Source of the DNA: a virus
Lineage: Duplodnaviria > Heunggongvirae > Uroviricota > Caudoviricetes
DNA length: 12,074 nucleotides
IMG/VR virus record: IMGVR_UViG_2651869861_000010
Coordinates: 1-12,074 of that record
Reading direction: 5' to 3' (one strand)
The notes beneath the pieces were generated by a model, which made no database searches, was not told the DNA's origin, and saw nothing but the letters and a program-made list of their open reading frames with translations. Both the position numbers and the translations under genes were made by a program. Every line of letters begins with the position of its first letter. Positions within the stretch are counted from its first letter, which is position 1. Below are positions 7,624-12,074 of the stretch, in pieces.

Positions 7624-7723
7624 ACATCCCGCGTTCTTCCCTCCGAACAGGACGATATTGTAAATTCACTTAATTACGAGGGCATTGCAGTAATTGAGTT
7701 GCAGTTTTACCACTTTCCTGACA

Positions 7724-7751
7724 GTGACAGACTGCGTGTTGGCTCTGTCAC
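7724..7751. terminator. Candidate bidirectional hairpin between the convergent ylcI-like and ybcW-like genes.
   Basis: Stem GTGACAGA (7724-7731), 12-nt loop, stem TCTGTCAC (7744-7751). The flanking T/A runs are modest. Confidence 0.35.
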
Positions 7752-7787
7752 AGGTTAAGTAGTTTGAATGATTAGCAGTTATGGTGA

Positions 7788-7994
7788 TCAGTCAACCACC
7801 AGGGAATAATCCTTCATATTATTATCGTGCTTCACCAACGCTGCCTCAATTGCCCTGAATGCTTCCAGAGACACCTTATGTTCTATACATGCAATTACAA
7901 CATCAGGGTAACTCATAGAAATGGTGCTATTAAGCATATTTTTTACACGAATCAGATCCACGGAGGGATCATCAGCAGATTGTTCTTTATTCAT
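7788..7994 (-). CDS. ybcW: Small hypothetical protein (68 aa), YbcW-like.
   Basis: The 68-aa ORF has an ATG start at 7994, lies in an AT-rich context, and matches the remembered size and position of ybcW in DLP12-type prophages. No function can be inferred from the sequence. Confidence 0.6.
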
Positions 7995-8279
7995 TTTGTC
8001 GCTCCATGCGCTTGCTCTTCATCTAGCGGTTAAAATATTACTTCAAATCTTTCTGTATGAAGATTTGAGCACGTTGGCCTTACATACATCTGTCGGTTGT
8101 ATTTCCCTCCAGAATGCCAGCAGGACCGCACTTTGTTACGCAACCAATACTATTAATTGAAAACATTCCTAATATTTGACATAAATCATCAACAAAACAC
8201 AAAGAGGTCAGACCAGATTGAAACGATAAAAACGATAATGCAAACTACGCGCCCTCGTATCACATGGAAGGTTTTACCA

Positions 8280-8690
8280 ATGGCTCAGGTTGCCATTTTT
8301 AAAGAAATATTCGATCAAGTGCGAAAAGATTTAAACTGTGAATTGTTTTATTCTGAACTAAAACGTCACAATGTCTCACATTATATTTACTATCTAGCCA
8401 CAGATAATATTCACATTGTGTTAGAAAACGATAACACTGTGTTAATAAAAGGACTTAAAAAGGTTGTGAATGTTAAATTCTCAAGAAATACGCATCTTAT
8501 AGAAACGTCCTATGATAGGTTGAAATCAAGAGAAATCACATTTCAGCAATACAGGGAAAATCTTGCTAAAGCAGGAGTTTTCCGATGGGTTACAAATATC
8601 CACGAACATAAAAGATATTACTATGCCTTTGATAATTCATTACTATTTACTGAGAGCATTCAGAACACTACACAAATCTTTCCACGCTAA
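8280..8690 (+). CDS. ybcV: Hypothetical protein (136 aa from [10 protein letters not shown]...), YbcV/DUF1398-like. The track ORF start at 8157 is probably an N-terminal over-extension.
   Basis: The ATG at 8280 is preceded by GGAAGG at a suitable spacing and gives 136 aa, which is the remembered size of YbcV. The region is strongly AT-rich. The alternative starts at 8157 and 8238 lack a convincing ribosome-binding site. Confidence 0.6.
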   Translation: MAQVAIFKEIFDQVRKDLNCELFYSELKRHNVSHYIYYLATDNIHIVLENDNTVLIKGLKKVVNVKFSRNTHLIETSYDRLKSREITFQQYRENLAKAGVFRWVTNIHEHKRYYYAFDNSLLFTESIQNTTQIFPR

Positions 8691-8981
8691 ATCATCACGT
8701 CCGGTTTCTTCCGTGTCAGCACCGGGGCGTTGGCATAATGCAATACGTGTACGCGCTAAACCCTGTGTGCATCGTTATTAATTATTCCCGGACACTCCCG
8801 CAGAGGAGTTTCCCTGTCAGGGCTGCGGACATAGTTAATCCGGGAATACAGTGACGATCCTTCGCATCTGACATACATTAATAAATATTAACAATATGAG
8901 ATTTCAACTCATTGTTTAGGGTTTGTTTAATTTTCTACACATACGATTCTGCGAACTTTAAAAAGCATCGGGAATAACACC

Positions 8982-9275
8982 ATGAAAAAAATGCTACTCG
9001 CTACTGCGCTGGCCCTGCTTATTACAGGATGTGCCCAACAGACGTTTACTGTTCAAAACAAACCGGCAGCAGTAACACCAAAGGAAACCATCACCCACCA
9101 TTTCTTCGTCTCTGGAATTGGGCAGAAGAAAACTGTCGATGCAGCTAAAATTTGTGGCGGCGCAGAAAATGTTGTTAAAACAGAAACCCAGCAAACATTC
9201 GTAAATGGATTGCTCGGTTTTATTACTTTAGGCATTTATACTCCGCTGGAAGCGCGTGTGTATTGCTCACAATAA
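8982..9275 (+). CDS. bor: Bor outer-membrane lipoprotein (serum-resistance moron), on the opposite strand to the late operon.
   Basis: The 97-aa ORF has a lipoprotein signal peptide with lipobox (LLITGC) and matches lambda Bor (MKKMLLATALALLITGCAQQTFTVQNKPAAV...YTPLEARVYCSQ) at essentially every residue I can recall. Confidence 0.93.
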   Translation: MKKMLLATALALLITGCAQQTFTVQNKPAAVTPKETITHHFFVSGIGQKKTVDAAKICGGAENVVKTETQQTFVNGLLGFITLGIYTPLEARVYCSQ

Positions 9276-9306
9276 TTGCATGAGCTGCCCATCGATATGG
9301 GCAGCT

Positions 9307-9768
9307 CTATCTGCACTGCTCATTAATATACTTCTGGGTTCCTTCCAGTTGTTTTTGCATAGTGATCAGCCTCTCTCTGAGGGTGAAATAATCCCGTTCA
9401 GCGGTGTCTGCCAGTCGGGGGGAGGCTGCATTATCCACGCCGGAGGCGGTGGTGGCTTCACGCACTGACTGACAGACTGCTTTGATGTGCAACCGACGAC
9501 GACCAGCGGCAACATCATCATGCAGAGCATCATTTTCAGCTTTCGCATCAGCTAACTCCTTCGTGTATTTTGCATCGAGCGCAGCAACATCACGCTGACG
9601 CATCTGCATGTCAGTAATTGCCACGTTCGCCAGCTTCAGTTCTCTGGCATTTTTGTCGCGCTGGGCTTTGTAGGTAATGGCGTTATCACGGTAATGATTA
9701 ACAGCCCATGACAGGCAGACGATGATGCAGATGAGCAGAGCGGAGATAATCGCGGTTATTCTGCTCAT
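9307..9768 (-). CDS. Rz: Rz, the inner-membrane spanin subunit (i-spanin).
   Basis: The 153-aa ORF matches lambda Rz ([48 protein letters not shown]...KYINEQCR). Its ATG overlaps the R stop (ATGA). Confidence 0.93.
   Translation of the reverse strand: MSRITAIISALLICIIVCLSWAVNHYRDNAITYKAQRDKNARELKLANVAITDMQMRQRDVAALDAKYTKELADAKAENDALHDDVAAGRRRLHIKAVCQSVREATTASGVDNAASPRLADTAERDYFTLRERLITMQKQLEGTQKYINEQCR
9366..9548 (-). CDS. Rz1: Rz1, the outer-membrane lipoprotein spanin subunit (o-spanin), embedded in the +1 frame of Rz.
   Basis: The 60-aa ORF has a lipobox (VVGCTS) and a proline-rich stretch ([18 protein letters not shown]) and matches lambda Rz1. It lies entirely inside Rz. Confidence 0.9.
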   Translation of the reverse strand: MRKLKMMLCMMMLPLVVVGCTSKQSVSQCVKPPPPPAWIMQPPPDWQTPLNGIISPSERG

Positions 9769-10241
9769 ACCTCACTCTCTCTGACCGTTCCGCCAGCTTC
9801 TTTGAATTTTGCAATCAGGCTGTCAGCCTTATGCTCGAACTGACCATAACCAGCGCCCGGCAGTGAAGCCCAGATATTACTGCAACGGTCGATTGCCTGA
9901 CGGATATCACCGCGATCAATCATAGGTAAAGCACCACGCTCTTTAATCTGCTGCAATGCCACTGCGTCCTGGCTTTTGGGGGAGAAGTCTTTCAAACCAA
10001 GCTGTTTACGGTAAGCATCCCACCAGCGTGAAAGAAGCTGATAACGTCCGGCGGCTGTTGATTTGAGTTTGGGGTGTAGCGTGACAAGTTTGCGAGGGTG
10101 ATCGGAGTAATCAGTAAACAGTTCGCCGCCAACAATAACATCATAACCGTGGTTACGTGTCGGTTGTCGCCCGTTATCCGTTCCTTCTGACCACGCCAAC
10201 ATATCGAGGAAGGCTTTACGCTGAGGATTAAGATTTTGCAT
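9765..10241 (-). CDS. R: Endolysin R (lambda-type lytic transglycosylase).
   Basis: The 158-aa ORF ([49 protein letters not shown]...[21 protein letters not shown]) is nearly identical to lambda R. Its start lies 14 nt inside the holin 3' end. Confidence 0.95.
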   Translation of the reverse strand: MQNLNPQRKAFLDMLAWSEGTDNGRQPTRNHGYDVIVGGELFTDYSDHPRKLVTLHPKLKSTAAGRYQLLSRWWDAYRKQLGLKDFSPKSQDAVALQQIKERGALPMIDRGDIRQAIDRCSNIWASLPGAGYGQFEHKADSLIAKFKEAGGTVRESEV

Positions 10242-10545
10242 TTTTCACCCCTGTCAGTCGTTCCCAGAAGTACGTCAGTGCAACCGAACCCATCGCACCA
10301 CTAATCCCCGCTGTCGCGAGAATCATGTAAATACTGAATCCACTTTCGATGCTGATCAGGCCACCAATAACACCGGTGAATCCTGATACCACTATTTGAG
10401 CCAGAGCATTTATCCAACTCCACGTTGCTTTACTCTGCTTCACATCTATCAGGTAGCGGACCAGACCGCCCCAACCTGCGATGATCAGCAAAACGAGCCA
10501 GAACGCTCCGGCAAGGCTCTCTTTTTCGTGCATATGAATAGCCAA
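10228..10545 (-). CDS. Class I holin with three predicted transmembrane segments, not lambda S-like. The first codon of the ORF is TTG and the first ATG is codon 5 (10531-10533).
   Basis: Three hydrophobic stretches (LAGAFWLVLLIIAGWGGLV; WINALAQIVVSGFTGVIGGLI; FSIYMILATAGISGAMGSVAL) are followed by a charged C-terminal tail, and the gene sits immediately upstream of R. The minus strand reads TTG GCT ATT CAT ATG CAC... The sequence is unrelated to lambda S. Confidence 0.8.
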   Translation of the reverse strand: MAIHMHEKESLAGAFWLVLLIIAGWGGLVRYLIDVKQSKATWSWINALAQIVVSGFTGVIGGLISIESGFSIYMILATAGISGAMGSVALTYFWERLTGVKNAKS

Positions 10546-10647
10546 TGTTTCGCCGCCGACAAAAGGCCGGGACGTTAAATGTCAGAAATCAGGCTCACGG
10601 GGTAATTTAACGACAAAGCACGGAGTTGATGCTCCCCACAAGCCTGG

Positions 10648-10673
10648 AATAAAAAAGCCAGCATGTAGCTGGC
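10648..10673 (-). terminator. tR'-like intrinsic terminator on the minus strand.
   Basis: Stem GCCAGC (10657-10662), loop ATGTA, stem GCTGGC (10668-10673). On the minus strand the hairpin is followed by TTTTTTATT (complement of 10648-10656). It lies about 185 nt downstream of the candidate PR'. Confidence 0.6.
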
Positions 10674-10842
10674 AACAGAGGGCTAAGCAATATCAACTCA
10701 ACAGCTGAAGACCCCCTGGCTGGGGTAGGTTGGAAGGCTACTCACCGTTCAGAAACAGAAAAGCCCAAGGCTTTAAACCTCGGGCTTGAATTTGGATTAC
10801 TGCCAGTGCGTACAACATTGGCAAAATATCAGATTTACATAA

Positions 10843-10871
10843 AATATATGATTTTTAATCCAGTTTTGCAA
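10843..10871 (-). promoter_or_regulatory. Candidate late promoter PR': -35 TTGCAA (10866-10871), 17-bp spacer, -10 TATATT (10843-10848), overlapping the Q stop codon.
   Basis: Hexamers read directly on the minus strand. The position at the 3' end of Q, upstream of a terminator about 185 nt away, mirrors the lambda PR'-qut-6S RNA-tR' arrangement. Confidence 0.4.
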
Positions 10872-11544
10872 TATCTTGCTGTGAAAATGTGGTCTTTTGT
10901 TTTGAACGTGTTTTCGTTAAAAGCAATAAAGCTTGGCTATCAAGCTGTAGAAAAATGTGTTTCATTGCAACCCAGCGTTCAGTAAATGTCTCAGACCAGT
11001 TTTTTGATGTCACTCCCACCAGTGATGCCAGCTCCTGGTATTCATAGGTCTTACGCCCTGCCAGCTCGTTCTTCACATCCTGTGCCGCCAGCCAGATCAA
11101 CTTCTTCAAACGTTCCAGTGTCTTACCTGCAATTTTCCTGGTACCCAACAGAGTCTTAAACTCGCTCCATGCCCACTGCGTTATGGTGACCTGATGTTCC
11201 CAGCGAACACTTTCGCTGTAACTCCACAGCAACCACGCTTTCTGATGTTCTTCGAGAGACAGAACCGCGCGGCGCCATGACGAGGTTGAGAACTCAACCT
11301 GGCTGACCAGTGCAATGGATGAACCTTTTGCGTACGACTGCTTACCGGAAATCGGCGGATTATCCAGCGTAATCATCCTGCCAGTTACCTCATCCAGAAT
11401 GCGCGGCTTCTTTCGTTTGTATGTACCAGTATCAAATTGTGCATGCTCCAGCCAGGCTTCAAGCTGTCCTTTCGTTGCTCCGCTCAAATCAGCGGTAGCC
11501 ACAATGAGTTGCTCGCGGACATACTGTAAATATTGGGTATTCAT
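10855..11544 (-). CDS. Putative late-gene antiterminator (Q-like by position), not lambda-Q type and cysteine-free.
   Basis: The 229-aa ORF lies directly between rusA/ylcG and the PR'/tR'/holin region, the canonical Q position. It has no similarity to lambda Q as remembered, and it has no Cys residues, so no zinc finger. The family assignment is not verified. Confidence 0.5.
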   Translation of the reverse strand: MNTQYLQYVREQLIVATADLSGATKGQLEAWLEHAQFDTGTYKRKKPRILDEVTGRMITLDNPPISGKQSYAKGSSIALVSQVEFSTSSWRRAVLSLEEHQKAWLLWSYSESVRWEHQVTITQWAWSEFKTLLGTRKIAGKTLERLKKLIWLAAQDVKNELAGRKTYEYQELASLVGVTSKNWSETFTERWVAMKHIFLQLDSQALLLLTKTRSKQKTTFSQQDIAKLD

Positions 11545-11681
11545 GCGGCAGCTCCTTTCAGTGTTTTGGCGTAATTCTTCAGTATCCGGTAATCGGTCAA
11601 AACAGAACCAGGAAAACGATATAAGCGCAGGCGCATCCAGCGGTGGCGAAGACGTTCTGCCATATAAGACTCAAACATCAT
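11541..11681 (-). CDS. ylcG: YlcG-like 46-aa protein, found by manual translation (below the ORF-track size cutoff).
   Basis: The minus strand translates to [46 protein letters not shown], closely resembling E. coli DLP12 YlcG as remembered. Its ATG overlaps the rusA stop and its TGA overlaps the Q ATG. Confidence 0.7.
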
Positions 11682-12040
11682 TCATTCCCCAGTTCGGTGA
11701 TGGTCAGCTCCAGCTTCCCACCTTTGGTAACGGGCATCTTCACAACACGGTAATCAACGACCTGAGCATCATCCAGCCAGAAACCTGCTTTGGTGAGTGC
11801 GTCAAAAGCGGCTTTTTGCAGATTATCCAGGTCACGGCGACGGCGATCCGGCATGTGGCACTCAATACGGATTTTCACTGGCATAGCCAGGCCGATATCC
11901 AGCATGGAGCCTTTGATGATTCGGGCGACGTTATCACGGTATGCCTGCCCTTCTGCGCTGATGTGCGTGCGCCCGCGATTATGCCGGTAGTAGCGATTAT
12001 TGCTCGGAGGCCAGGGTAATGTGATGCTGTAGGTATTCAC
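11678..12040 (-). CDS. rusA: RusA Holliday-junction resolvase (GTG start).
   Basis: The 120-aa ORF ([26 protein letters not shown]...[42 protein letters not shown]) is nearly identical to E. coli RusA as remembered. The start codon reads GTG (cac at 12038-12040), with GAGGGGG upstream. Confidence 0.92.
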
Positions 12041-12074
12041 GCCTTAATAACCCCCTCTTTCAGCCAGATAACCT

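Noticed and set aside
8157-8279. N-terminal extension of the ybcV-like ORF (start at 8157).
   Set aside because: There is no ribosome-binding site at 8157. The internal ATG at 8280 has a GGAAGG Shine-Dalgarno sequence and gives the expected 136-aa product.
9256-9468. 70-aa plus-strand ORF overlapping the Rz/Rz1 3' region.
   Set aside because: It is antisense to the spanin genes. Only Rz1, in the +1 frame of Rz on the minus strand, is a real embedded gene here.
10546-10854. Possible tRNA gene(s) or CRISPR repeats in the Q-to-holin intergenic region.
   Set aside because: There is no cloverleaf-compatible sequence or conserved T-arm motif and no repeat-spacer periodicity. The region is better explained as a PR'/qut leader plus tR' terminator.
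11315-12019. 234-aa plus-strand ORF spanning Q, ylcG and rusA.
   Set aside because: It is antisense to three well-supported genes and crosses their boundaries, so it is not a plausible gene.
12037-12074. 3' end of an upstream nin-region gene overlapping the rusA start.
   Set aside because: Only about a dozen codons are in the window. Several frames are open, so neither the frame nor the identity can be supported.

Overview
This window is the late region of a lambda-like (lambdoid) prophage, almost certainly enterobacterial, lying in reverse orientation so that nearly all genes are on the minus strand. All identifications come from reading the supplied translations and the DNA against remembered phage lambda / E. 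coli DLP12 proteins; no database search was run. Reading from high to low coordinates: rusA, a ylcG-like micro-ORF, a Q-like late antiterminator candidate, a PR'/tR' leader, a lysis cassette (non-lambda holin, lambda-type R endolysin, Rz with embedded Rz1), an AT-rich accessory block (bor, ybcV-like, ybcW-like, ylcI-like), the cos site (cosN identical to lambda, with non-lambda cosB-type repeats), then Nu1-like small terminase, terminase A, W, portal B, protease/scaffold C and decoration protein D. The head module then stops abruptly: only the first 88 codons of major capsid gene E remain, joined out of frame to a major tail gene V that lacks its start codon. The C-terminal part of E, FI, FII, Z and U are missing, so the element looks like a defective prophage with otherwise intact packaging and lysis genes. 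I found no CRISPR array, tRNA, IS element or recognisable defence system. The points most worth a second look are the E'/V' deletion junction, the triplicated scaffold repeat in C, the hybrid cos/Nu1 specificity, a perfect Fur-box-like palindrome next to cos, and the uncharacterised AT-rich accessory genes between the lysis cassette and cos.
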